Source of the DNA: a candidate division Kazan bacterium GW2011_GWA1_50_15
GTDB lineage: Bacteria > Patescibacteriota > Kazan-3B-28
Length of the DNA: 64,000 bases
Assembly: GCA_001029795.1 (NCBI GenBank)
Contig: CP011216.1
Span: 134,903 to 198,902 of the forward strand
Reading direction: 5' to 3'
The notes under the pieces were generated by a model. The model was not told the DNA's origin. It saw nothing but the letters and a program-made list of their open reading frames with translations, and did no database searches. A program made the translations under genes and the position numbers. Shown here one piece after another: positions 1-8,608 of this stretch (the stretch's first letter is position 1; each line of letters opens with the position of its first letter).

Positions 1-107
1 CCACCCACAACCGCGAGATAGTAGACAACATCAACAAACGGGTGATCAATATGGATAAAGGCCGGGTTGTGCGGGATAGACGGCGCGGTAAGTATGATTA
101 CAAATAA
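1..107 (+). CDS. ftsE: 3' end of an ABC ATPase, probably FtsE (partial, runs off window start)
   Basis: Frame 3 reads ...THNREIVDNINKRVINMDKGRVVRD...* with the typical ABC-ATPase C-terminus, ending 3 nt before ftsX. Confidence 0.55.
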   Translation, partial: THNREIVDNINKRVINMDKGRVVRDRRRGKYDYK

Positions 108-110
108 ACT

Positions 111-1022
111 ATGTTAATTTTTTGGCAGAGAATTTTTAGGTCGGCGACGTCCGGGTTCCGGCGCAATGGGTGGCTCAGTTTGGTGGCGGTGTTCATTATG
201 ACCCAGGCGCTGCTGTTGATCAGTATCTTTGCTTCGCTCAATCTGGTGATCGGCGCTTCGATCACAGCTATTAACGAACGGATCGACGTGGCTTTGTTTT
301 TCAAAGAGACCGTAACACAGAGTGAGGCAATGACGCTCAAAACCCAAGCGGAACAGATCGAAGGCGTTACGCAAGTTACCTATGTGTCATCTCAGGACGC
401 GCTGGATAAATTCTTGGCTGACCACCGTAACCGGGGGGCGATCTTAGACGTGGTATCGCGAGACGAAAATTTTCTGCCGGCCAGTTTGGAGATCAAGGTA
501 ACGGACCCTTATCTGATCGAAGGGATCGTGGGCCAGATCATCCGCGGCGATGGCGGCAAACTGATCTCACAAACCAGCCTGGAGGACAACCAGAAATTGA
601 TCGAGAAGTTGCGCAACTTTGGCGGGTTTGTGCAGAGGTCTAGCTTGATCCTGGCTTTGGTACTGATCATCATTGCGCTACTTATCATCTTTAATACGAT
701 CCGCATTACTATTTTTACGCGGCGAGAGGAGATCGAGATCATGAAGCTGGTGGGCGCCACCGATTGGTACATCCGCTGGCCGTTTATTATTGAAGGGATG
801 TTATATGGGGTGATCGCCACGATCTTGTCGTTGGTTTTGTTGTACGTGGGATACTTGGCCTTGGTCAAACCGATGGTAGATAGCTACCTGATCTCGGCTG
901 CCAGTAGCCCCGTGTTCACCCTAGGTTTCTTCATCTTTTTGGCTGCTTTACAGCTGGTGGTGGCGCTGGTGGTGGGCGGAGTCAGCAGTTACTGGGCGAC
1001 ACGTAAACATCTGCACGTATAA
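111..1022 (+). CDS. ftsX: Cell division permease FtsX
   Basis: 303 aa with an N-terminal TM helix, a periplasmic domain and three C-terminal TM helices (FtsX fold); sits directly after the ftsE-like 3' end. Confidence 0.8.
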   Translation: MLIFWQRIFRSATSGFRRNGWLSLVAVFIMTQALLLISIFASLNLVIGASITAINERIDVALFFKETVTQSEAMTLKTQAEQIEGVTQVTYVSSQDALDKFLADHRNRGAILDVVSRDENFLPASLEIKVTDPYLIEGIVGQIIRGDGGKLISQTSLEDNQKLIEKLRNFGGFVQRSSLILALVLIIIALLIIFNTIRITIFTRREEIEIMKLVGATDWYIRWPFIIEGMLYGVIATILSLVLLYVGYLALVKPMVDSYLISAASSPVFTLGFFIFLAALQLVVALVVGGVSSYWATRKHLHV

Positions 1023-1041
1023 AATAATTACAAATCAAAAA

Positions 1042-2214
1042 TTGCGGACGTATTCTATGAAGAGATTACCGATTATTCTGTTGGCGGTCTGGCTGGGGCT
1101 GGCGGGGTTAACGCCCGCCTGGGCCGATTTGTTGAGCGACAAAACTCAAGAACTGCAGAATCTGCAAAAACAGATCGAGCAGCAACAACAGGCTCTTGAT
1201 AAGGCCAAGAACCGGAGCGCTAGTCTAAAAAACCAGATCGATATTCTGGACCAACAGATAAAACTAACCCAGCTGCAGGTTGAAAGACTGGGGGAACAAG
1301 CGGCACAAACAACGGCGAACATTAGCCAGATCAATCGCGATCTGGTGGATGCCGAGGTTCAGATCTACAACAGCAAGCAGGTGTTAAGAGACGCTATTAC
1401 GGAGTCGTATATGCGTCAGCAGACCGGTCTGCTTGAGGTACTGTTGGGGTCATCTAATCTTTCGGACTTTGTTTCCCAGTTGGAGTACGTAACCGCAGTG
1501 GAAAGTCGGATTACTAACACCCTCTCAGTGCTGCAAGAGTTGAATGCGTCGTTGGCCGAGAAAAAAGGTCAGTTAGAGAAAGCCGAGAAAGAGTTGGCTG
1601 AGCTTTTAGCCAGTAAACAGCTAGAGGAGAATAGTCTCACTGTTCAGGTTGGCGCCAAACAGAATCTGTTGCACGATTCGCAGCTGACCGAGGCTGAGTA
1701 TCAAAAAAGACTCCAGGATGCGGCCGCTGAATACGCCCGCGTACAAAACGAGATCGCACAGTTGGCCCGGAATGTACGCAAAGACCAGCTCAACCAAGGT
1801 AAATACACTTTGCAGTGGCCGATCCCATCTCGGATGATCACGGCTGGGTTTAGAGATGCTGATTACTTGGCCAGATTTAAGATCCAACACAACGCTATCG
1901 ATATCGCCACTCCTCAGGGGACGCCGATCCGGGCTGCCGCCGATGCCTTTGTGGCTAAGGTCAAGTTCGACGGCAGTACCAGCTATTCCTATATTGTGCT
2001 GGACCATGGCAACGGGATGGTGACTGTCTACGCTCACGTCAGCGGGGTGTCGGTCAGCGCTGGCCAGTTCGTGCCGGTGGGTTCGGTCATTGGCTCGACC
2101 GGAGGGACACCAGGGACTACGGGAGCTGGCTGGCTTACCACGGGGCCTCATCTGCATTTGGAAGTTTGGTTAGATGGTCAAGCCCGTAGCCCGCTGGCCT
2201 ATCTTGTGGGCTAG
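1042..2214 (+). CDS. M23 (LytM) family peptidase with N-terminal coiled coil (EnvC-like)
   Basis: Signal peptide, a long Q/L/E-rich coiled coil, and a C-terminal M23 domain (HNAIDIATPQGTPIRAA...GPHLHLEV); adjacent to ftsEX. Confidence 0.8.
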   Translation: MRTYSMKRLPIILLAVWLGLAGLTPAWADLLSDKTQELQNLQKQIEQQQQALDKAKNRSASLKNQIDILDQQIKLTQLQVERLGEQAAQTTANISQINRDLVDAEVQIYNSKQVLRDAITESYMRQQTGLLEVLLGSSNLSDFVSQLEYVTAVESRITNTLSVLQELNASLAEKKGQLEKAEKELAELLASKQLEENSLTVQVGAKQNLLHDSQLTEAEYQKRLQDAAAEYARVQNEIAQLARNVRKDQLNQGKYTLQWPIPSRMITAGFRDADYLARFKIQHNAIDIATPQGTPIRAAADAFVAKVKFDGSTSYSYIVLDHGNGMVTVYAHVSGVSVSAGQFVPVGSVIGSTGGTPGTTGAGWLTTGPHLHLEVWLDGQARSPLAYLVG

Positions 2215-2269
2215 GAGGAAATCTCCTACGATGGATGGGTAGTAACTGGGGGTGAGGGAGTTTTAAGTT

Positions 2270-3469
2270 ATGGGTAAACAGGTTGGTTTGTATGCTGCCG
2301 GGGTTGTGCTGCTTTTGGCGGTCTACTTTTTAGGTATGACCTACGGCTACTATGGTCGGGTAAATTTACAAAACTATTCAGCCGTTTTTAAGCAGGAGTT
2401 GATGGGAAGTCGGTTGGGGCAAACTGACTTGGATCTGCTTTGGACCGTGACCGACCTGGTGGACGCCAAGTACATTGGTCGGCCGAACTATCAGGATATG
2501 TTGTATGGGGCCATCCGGGGGGCGGTAACGGCCCTGGGTGACCCGTACACAGTGTTTACTAGTCCTACAGAGAACCAAGAGTTCTTCGCCGCGCTTGATG
2601 GGATCTATGATGGGATCGGAGTAGAGATAGATGTGGTCGGGGGACATCTGCTAGTCATATCTCCTTTGAAGGATTCACCCGCGGATAAGGCAGGATTGTT
2701 GCCGCGCGACGAGGTGCTGGCCATAGATGGTGAGAGCGTTACGGGACTTACTCTGGGCGAAGTGGTCGCGAAGATGAAGGGTCCGGCTGGGACTGTCGTA
2801 CGGCTTACGGTAGGACGCGTTGGAATAAACGAACCATTAGATATCGAGATCCAGCGCGAGACAGTACGCAAACGGAGCGTGGAAGTAACCGTAGATGACA
2901 ATAAGATAGCAGTGGTGGGTATCTTGCGCTTTGCCTCGGATACCGAGACAACTTTTCGGGCGGCGGTAAATGAAGTATTGGCGAAGGGGGCGGTAGGGAT
3001 GGTGTTGGATATGCGTAACAATCCGGGCGGATTCTTGGATGTGGGGGTGAAGGTGGCTAACGAATTTTTGGCTTCGGGCCAGATAGTCGAGGAACGGTTT
3101 AAGGACGGGAAAGTTACCCCGTTCTCGGCTGACGGGTCCGGGAGATTAACTAAATTGCCTGTAGTGGTTTTGGTTAATGGCGGGAGTGCTTCCGCGGCCG
3201 AGATCGTGGCTGGAGCGTTGCAGGATAATCAGCGGGCCAAGATAGCCGGCGAACAGACCTTCGGTAAAGGAAGCGTGCAGGAGGTAGAGGCTTTCCCCGA
3301 CGGGTCCGCTCTGCGGCTCACGGTCGCAAAATGGTATACTCCCAAAGGCCGTTCCATCAGCGATGAAGGGATTAGACCAGATAAGGTGATAGAATGGAGG
3401 TCGGATAGCACGATAGACAATCAGTTGGACGGAGCAAAGCAAGTATTACAAACATTAATCGGTAGATGA
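2270..3469 (+). CDS. ctpA: Carboxy-terminal processing protease (S41, CtpA-like) with PDZ domain
   Basis: TM anchor, PDZ-like segment and an S41 core (VVLVNGGSASAAEIVAGALQD, AKWYTPKG). Ends in a TGA stop. Confidence 0.8.
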   Translation: MGKQVGLYAAGVVLLLAVYFLGMTYGYYGRVNLQNYSAVFKQELMGSRLGQTDLDLLWTVTDLVDAKYIGRPNYQDMLYGAIRGAVTALGDPYTVFTSPTENQEFFAALDGIYDGIGVEIDVVGGHLLVISPLKDSPADKAGLLPRDEVLAIDGESVTGLTLGEVVAKMKGPAGTVVRLTVGRVGINEPLDIEIQRETVRKRSVEVTVDDNKIAVVGILRFASDTETTFRAAVNEVLAKGAVGMVLDMRNNPGGFLDVGVKVANEFLASGQIVEERFKDGKVTPFSADGSGRLTKLPVVVLVNGGSASAAEIVAGALQDNQRAKIAGEQTFGKGSVQEVEAFPDGSALRLTVAKWYTPKGRSISDEGIRPDKVIEWRSDSTIDNQLDGAKQVLQTLIGR

Positions 3470-3478
3470 GATTTTAAC

Positions 3479-3913
3479 GTGGAAGTTATATTTTTACAAA
3501 ATGTGAACGGGGTAGCCCACAAAGGCGACGTTAAGCAGATCAGCGACGGTTACGCACGCAATTTTCTGTTGCCTAATGGGTTAGCCGAGGCGGCGACTCC
3601 GGGTAGAGTGGCAGCGATCAAGGTCGAAGCCGAACATAAGGTAGCCCAACGGGCTGAACGCGGCGCGGAGCTACAGCAGTTGATCGAGGCGTGGGATGGA
3701 CGTGAGATCACTATTGAGGCTAAGGCGAACAAGGCTGGCGGGCTGTTCGCGGCGATCACACCAGAAGTGGTTGCAAAACACCTGAATGGTGAGATTGGCG
3801 CGGAGCAGATCGTGATGCCAGTGCCGATTAAAACGGTGGGGGAGCATACTGTTAAGTTACGGGCTGGCGCGGACGCAATTGCTGCAATGACCGTGATAGT
3901 CAGACCGCTTTAA
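3479..3913 (+). CDS. rplI: 50S ribosomal protein L9
   Basis: MEVIFLQNVNGVAHKGDVKQISDGYARNFLLPNGLAE matches the L9 N-domain; GTG start. Confidence 0.8.
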   Translation: MEVIFLQNVNGVAHKGDVKQISDGYARNFLLPNGLAEAATPGRVAAIKVEAEHKVAQRAERGAELQQLIEAWDGREITIEAKANKAGGLFAAITPEVVAKHLNGEIGAEQIVMPVPIKTVGEHTVKLRAGADAIAAMTVIVRPL

Positions 3914-3921
3914 TCGTCAAG

Positions 3922-5232
3922 ATGATGAAAGATGGCGATAATTCAATGAAGGATATTGTAGCGCTCTGTAAGCGGCGCGGGTTGATTTACCCGGGTTCGG
4001 AGATTTATGGCGGATTGGCCAACACCTGGGACTATGGTCCGTATGGAGTACTTTTAAAAAACAACGTTAAACAACTCTGGTGGAAGGAAATAGTGATGAA
4101 ACGGGCCGACATCGTGGGTCTAGATAGTGGGATATTGATGAACCCAAAGGTATGGGAGGCTAGCGGCCATCTAACTGAGTTTACCGATCCGTTAATCGAG
4201 TGCAAAGACTGTAAAAAACGGTTTAAAGGAGATGATGTTAAGGGTGATGCCTGTCCGGAGTGTAGCGGAAGTCTTGGCGAGGCCAAAAAGTTCAATTTAA
4301 TGTTTGCGACCCACATCGGACCGGTGGCGGATGATAAAAGTATCACGTATCTGCGGCCGGAGACGGCGCAAGGGATTTTCGTCAATTTTAAAAATGTATT
4401 GGATAGCACGCGGGTGAGGCTACCCTTTGGCATCGCCCAGATCGGTAAGGCGTTTCGCAACGAAATCACCCCGGGCAACTTTACTTTTAGAACACTGGAA
4501 TTTGAGCAATTCGAGTTGGAGTATTTTGTCTATCCCGAAACCGCGGATAAATTTTTTGCTGACTGGGCGGATGAACGGTTGCGGTGGTATGTGGATCTGG
4601 GGTTAGACAGTGCCAAGATCCATCTGAAAGCGCATGACAAAAAAGATCTGGCGCACTACGCCAAAGCGGTCACGGATGTGGAGTACAAATTCCCGTTCGG
4701 CTGGAGCGAATTAGAGGGAATAGCCAACCGGGGTGACTATGACCTAGTTCAGCATCAGAAAGTCAGCGGCGAGAGTTTGGAATACACGGACGACGAGGGC
4801 AAAAAAGTGATGCCGTATATTATTGAACCGTCTGGCGGGGTGGATCGCGCCACGCTAGCATTTTTGGTGGATGCTTATCGCGAAGAAGAGGTCAAGGGTG
4901 AGAAGCGGGTGGTGTTGGCGTTAGACCCGCGCTTGGCGCCGATCAGGGCGGCTGTCTTGCCGTTAGTAAAAAAAGAACCGGTAGTGACCAAGGCCAAAGA
5001 GATCTGTGACAGTTTGAGAAATAAATTCTTTGTTGAGTATGACGAGTCGGGCACGGTGGGGAAGCGGTATCGCCGGCAAGATGAGATTGGGACGCCATTT
5101 TGTATTACCGTGGATTTTGAGGGGCTAGAAAGTGAGCCCCAGACCGTAACGATTCGTGACCGAGACACGATGGAGCAGAAGCGGATTGTGATAGACCAAG
5201 TTGGGGAATGGTTGGCAGGGAAAATAAACTAG
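3922..5232 (+). CDS. glyQS: Glycyl-tRNA synthetase (class II, dimeric GlyQS type)
   Basis: 436 aa with GSEIYGGLANTWDYGPYG, class II motifs and an anticodon-binding C-terminus. Confidence 0.85.
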   Translation: MMKDGDNSMKDIVALCKRRGLIYPGSEIYGGLANTWDYGPYGVLLKNNVKQLWWKEIVMKRADIVGLDSGILMNPKVWEASGHLTEFTDPLIECKDCKKRFKGDDVKGDACPECSGSLGEAKKFNLMFATHIGPVADDKSITYLRPETAQGIFVNFKNVLDSTRVRLPFGIAQIGKAFRNEITPGNFTFRTLEFEQFELEYFVYPETADKFFADWADERLRWYVDLGLDSAKIHLKAHDKKDLAHYAKAVTDVEYKFPFGWSELEGIANRGDYDLVQHQKVSGESLEYTDDEGKKVMPYIIEPSGGVDRATLAFLVDAYREEEVKGEKRVVLALDPRLAPIRAAVLPLVKKEPVVTKAKEICDSLRNKFFVEYDESGTVGKRYRRQDEIGTPFCITVDFEGLESEPQTVTIRDRDTMEQKRIVIDQVGEWLAGKIN

Positions 5233-5233
5233 A

Positions 5234-5863
5234 GTGATGAAATCATCAATCTTGCGAGTGGAAACAGTCCGAGGCGACAAGTATGAAAAGTACTTGCTAA
5301 AGTGCAAGAAAGAATTAGATAAATGGTTTGGGGTTAGTGTGGATATCCCCCGGGTGTTGTTTGTGCAGTCGCGTAAAGAATACGACAAGATCGTGGGGTA
5401 TAAAACCGAGGCCTGGCAGGTGGGGAACAGCGGAAATGGGGTAATTTATATTTTAGATCCGAAGATCTACACCAAAGAATCTGACCACAAAGACATTAAG
5501 CGGTTTTGGCTGGTGTTGAAGCATGAATATGTTCATCTGTACTGGCATCAAATGACTGCTTCGTGGAACCCTCGTTGGCTGAATGAGGGATTGGCGTGTT
5601 ATTTGGCTGGACAGGAGAAAAAGGCACCGAGTCAGGAAGTGGTTATCGATGTACGGAAATACTTTGGTCATGGTGGAATGTTTGTCTATGGACTCGGATA
5701 TTTTTGGGTGAATTATTTAGTGAAAAAGTTTGGCAAAACCAAATTGTTGAATTTGATTAAGAGCGTGGATGCGGATGTTACCAACAAGAAATTTGAGGCC
5801 AAGTTCAAGCGAATTTATGGGTTTGGGTTAGATAAGAAATCTCTCGCGAGAATTATGAATTAA
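5234..5863 (+). CDS. HExxH zinc-metallopeptidase-like protein (MA clan-like)
   Basis: HEYVHLYWHQ motif followed by NEGLACYLAG (candidate Glu ligand). AT-rich compared with neighbouring genes. Confidence 0.45.
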   Translation: MMKSSILRVETVRGDKYEKYLLKCKKELDKWFGVSVDIPRVLFVQSRKEYDKIVGYKTEAWQVGNSGNGVIYILDPKIYTKESDHKDIKRFWLVLKHEYVHLYWHQMTASWNPRWLNEGLACYLAGQEKKAPSQEVVIDVRKYFGHGGMFVYGLGYFWVNYLVKKFGKTKLLNLIKSVDADVTNKKFEAKFKRIYGFGLDKKSLARIMN

Positions 5864-5865
5864 GA

Positions 5866-6129
5866 ATGGAAATCATCAAAAAGAAAATTTGGCCGGAGTA
5901 TTTTGAGGCGGTGGTGTCGGGCAAGAAGAACTTTGAAGTGCGACTGGCCGATTTTGATGTGAATGAGGGCGACACGCTTCTTTTGGAGGAGTGGGACCCA
6001 GGGACCAAAGAGTATACTGGCCGGTCGGTAGAGAAGCAGGTTACTTATGTAGCCAAGACCAAGAGTTTTGCTTTCTACCAGCCGGAGGAAGTAGAAAAGT
6101 ACGGCTATCAGGTCATCGGTTTGAAGTAG
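5866..6129 (+). CDS. Small ASCH/DUF3850-like protein
   Basis: 87 aa; the KKNFEVRLADFDVNEGDTLLLEEWD pattern resembles ASCH-like beta-barrels. Tightly linked to the preceding gene (2-nt gap). Confidence 0.35.
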   Translation: MEIIKKKIWPEYFEAVVSGKKNFEVRLADFDVNEGDTLLLEEWDPGTKEYTGRSVEKQVTYVAKTKSFAFYQPEEVEKYGYQVIGLK

Positions 6130-6242
6130 GGGACTGGGGATAACTTTGGTTCCGTCTGAGGTAAAAACATAATATTTCGCTCTGGAAGCGAAGTATTTTT
6201 ATATAAAAATTAGTGGGGTCAAAGGGTTGCCAGATGAAACCT

Positions 6243-6302
6243 TAGTGGTATATGATAAAACCGTTGTGGATAAATGTGGGGATAAGTGGAGGAAACGGTG
6301 GA
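6243..6302 (+). promoter_or_regulatory. Candidate MraZ-box direct repeats (TGTGG at ~10-bp spacing)
   Basis: GTGG(G) motifs at 6245, 6266, 6276, 6286 and 6298; three of them (6266/6276/6286) are exactly 10 bp apart, as in MraZ operator repeats. Confidence 0.35.
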
Positions 6303-6729
6303 TAATGTTTTTATCGGTGAATATACGCATGTTTTAGACAGCAAGGGCCGGCTTGCTATTCCTGTCAAATTTAAAAACCTGCTGGAGAGGGGCGCGGTAG
6401 TTACCAAGGGTTTAGACGGCTGTCTCTTTCTCTACACCGAGGCCGAGTGGGCTAAGTTGGTGGCGAGGTTGAACCAGATGCCGATATCACAAAGTAACTC
6501 TCGGGCGTTCGCTCGACTGATGCTGGCCGGGGCGATGCCGGTGAGCTTGGACAGCCAGAACCGCATCAACCTTCCTAACTATTTGATCGCTTTTGCTGGG
6601 TTAGGGGGTACAGCAGTATTGGCTGGCTTGATGAACCGATTGGAGATCTGGGACACCAAGAAGTGGGCCAGCTACAAAAAGAAAACCGAGCCGGAATCCG
6701 AAAAGATAGCCGAACAACTGTTCATTTAA
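6286..6729 (+). CDS. mraZ: Division/cell wall cluster transcriptional regulator MraZ
   Basis: FIGEYTHVLDSKGRLAIPVKFK and a second SQNRINLPNYL half (duplicated MraZ fold); GTG start. Confidence 0.85.
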   Translation: MEETVDNVFIGEYTHVLDSKGRLAIPVKFKNLLERGAVVTKGLDGCLFLYTEAEWAKLVARLNQMPISQSNSRAFARLMLAGAMPVSLDSQNRINLPNYLIAFAGLGGTAVLAGLMNRLEIWDTKKWASYKKKTEPESEKIAEQLFI

Positions 6730-6732
6730 ATG

Positions 6733-6926
6733 CCCTCGGAGGGAGAAAACCATAATGGGTTTTCCCCCTTCCGACGCCCCGGCTTGCCGGGGCTGCCTCC
6801 TCCTTTCAAGGAGTTCGCAACCCGAAATAAATTCGGATTGCTCACGAGGGGACAAATATTCATTCGAAAAGAGTTTTGCCACTCCGAGGGAGCCTAAAAT
6901 AAATTCGGATTGCTCACGGGGGATTA
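6733..6926 (+). repeat. Intergenic repeat family 2, copy 1 (with internal partial duplication)
   Basis: About 115 bp nearly identical to 50706-50820 (cctcggagggagaaaacc...ccgacgccccggcttgccgggg...tcgcaacccgaaataaattcggattgctcacg). The last 30 bp are repeated again at 6897-6926. Confidence 0.7.
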
Positions 6927-7104
6927 TTGCTTACTTAAAAATTTGATTTTTCTTTTGCGCGGCCGGTAACTCACCACAATTAGTTATCTAGCTATTATCC
7001 GCAACTTTTCACCTCCTACAACTTGAGTTTTTACCCACCCCTGGGAAAATAAAAACCACCGAGTTGCCGGCCGCGTAAAGGAAAAGTCTTAACAAAATGT
7101 ATTA

Positions 7105-7983
7105 GTGCAAAGTTTCACCCATCAGCCCGTTCTGACTGATGCTGTAATCGAGCATTTGGCGCTGCGCCCCGGGCAAACTATAGTGGATGCCACGTTGGGA
7201 TTAGGCGGACACGCCAAGAGCATTCTGGAGCGATTGGGGGGAACCGGAAAGTTGGTTGGCATTGATCAAGATGAACAGGCATTACAAGCAGCAGAGCATA
7301 ACCTTAGTTCGTACCAAGATCAGTTGGTGTTGGTACGTGGCAATTTCCGCGATTTTGTTCAGTTGGTTCAGCGTGCCATCGGATCCGTACGCGTTGACGG
7401 AATACTTTTTGACCTCGGTGTCTCGTCTCTTCAACTAGACGATACGTCCCGAGGTTTTTCTTTTAACAAATCAGCCAGATTAGATATGCGCATGGGTGGC
7501 GGGGAGGTAACGGCGGCTGAGGTGGTTAACGCCTATCCAGTTGACGAGCTAGTTCGCATCTTTCGAGATTATGGCGAAGAGCCAAGGGCTATGAGCATTG
7601 CGAAACGGATAGCGGTAGCTCGGCAGCAGCAGCCGATCGAAACTACTGAACAGCTAGTCGGGATCATCGGTGGCTATCTGGGTGGGCGGCGCCATCCAGC
7701 TACTCGAATATTCCAGGCTTTGCGCATCGAAGTGAATGACGAGTTGGGGGCCCTAGAGAGAGCGTTGCCGCAGGCGGTGGAGTCGCTGAAACCGAGCGGA
7801 CGGCTAGTAGTTATCTCGTTCCATTCGTTAGAGGACCGGATAGTCAAACACTTCTTTAAAACTTTGACCACTGGGGGGAGCGTCCGGCTTCTCACCAAGA
7901 AGGCGGTTACGCCTTCTTGGGAGGAGCGCAAAAAGAACCGACGGGCGAGAAGCGCTAAACTGCGTGCTATCGAGAAATTATGA
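7105..7983 (+). CDS. rsmH: 16S rRNA m4C1402 methyltransferase RsmH (MraW)
   Basis: HQPVLTDAVIEHLALRPG...DATLGLGGH...GILFDLGVSSLQLD (SAM-MTase RsmH motifs). GTG start, TGA stop overlapping the ftsL start (ATGA). Confidence 0.85.
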   Translation: MQSFTHQPVLTDAVIEHLALRPGQTIVDATLGLGGHAKSILERLGGTGKLVGIDQDEQALQAAEHNLSSYQDQLVLVRGNFRDFVQLVQRAIGSVRVDGILFDLGVSSLQLDDTSRGFSFNKSARLDMRMGGGEVTAAEVVNAYPVDELVRIFRDYGEEPRAMSIAKRIAVARQQQPIETTEQLVGIIGGYLGGRRHPATRIFQALRIEVNDELGALERALPQAVESLKPSGRLVVISFHSLEDRIVKHFFKTLTTGGSVRLLTKKAVTPSWEERKKNRRARSAKLRAIEKL

Positions 7984-8363
7984 GACGAGGATTCAAACTT
8001 AATCTAAGAAATAAGATCAAGATGGGGCCAATGTCTTTGACTTACCTGGCCGTAATAGCTTTTTTCGCTATTGGTTTTGTCTATGTGTTAACGGTTAATG
8101 TGGTGTCGAATAAGGGCACCACATTGCGTTTATTAGAGTTGGAGAATAAAGGTCTGGTAAGTGAGAATGACCGATTAGAGGTGGAGGCGGCCAGATTGAA
8201 GTCACTGCGGGTAATTGAGGATAACGCTTCCGGCGAAGTGCATGTCGGCGATCTGGAGGCACCCAAAGAAGAGAACCTGCAGCCAGTAGCGATAGTGCCA
8301 AAACTTGTGCCGACGAGAACGCAGCAGTACCTGCCGAGTTATAGTCAGTTAGCGCAACGCTAG
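7980..8363 (+). CDS. ftsL: FtsL-like division protein (TM helix plus coiled coil)
   Basis: 127 aa with one TM helix followed by a coiled-coil segment (LELENKGLVSENDRLEVEAARLKSL); position in the dcw cluster. Confidence 0.5.
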   Translation: MRRGFKLNLRNKIKMGPMSLTYLAVIAFFAIGFVYVLTVNVVSNKGTTLRLLELENKGLVSENDRLEVEAARLKSLRVIEDNASGEVHVGDLEAPKEENLQPVAIVPKLVPTRTQQYLPSYSQLAQR

Positions 8364-8575
8364 GTTTTTTTGAACGCAAGCTGGCGTTCAATCCAGCGCT
8401 ACTTTTGTCTTGCCAAAAGTAGCCAAAAGCGTGGCCCTAGCGGCTCCAGCTCTATTCATTGGCTAAATTGCCGGGTGCTTCCGCCGAACTCCTCTCTAAC
8501 GGTCGTCAAACATGCGGCTCCGCCCCGAGCGATTTAGCTCAATTCAGGACGCGCCTCTGCCGAAGGGCCGGACAA
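8364..8575 (+). repeat. Mosaic intergenic repeat family 1, copy C
   Basis: Two hairpins (8371-8390 tgaacgc/gcgttca; 8398-8423 gctacttttg/caaaagtagc), then a body about 80% identical to 58583-58730, ending in gaagggccg. Confidence 0.7.
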
Positions 8576-8608
8576 GAAAAGGTCAAGGGGTAAGATATAA
8601 TTGAAGGT

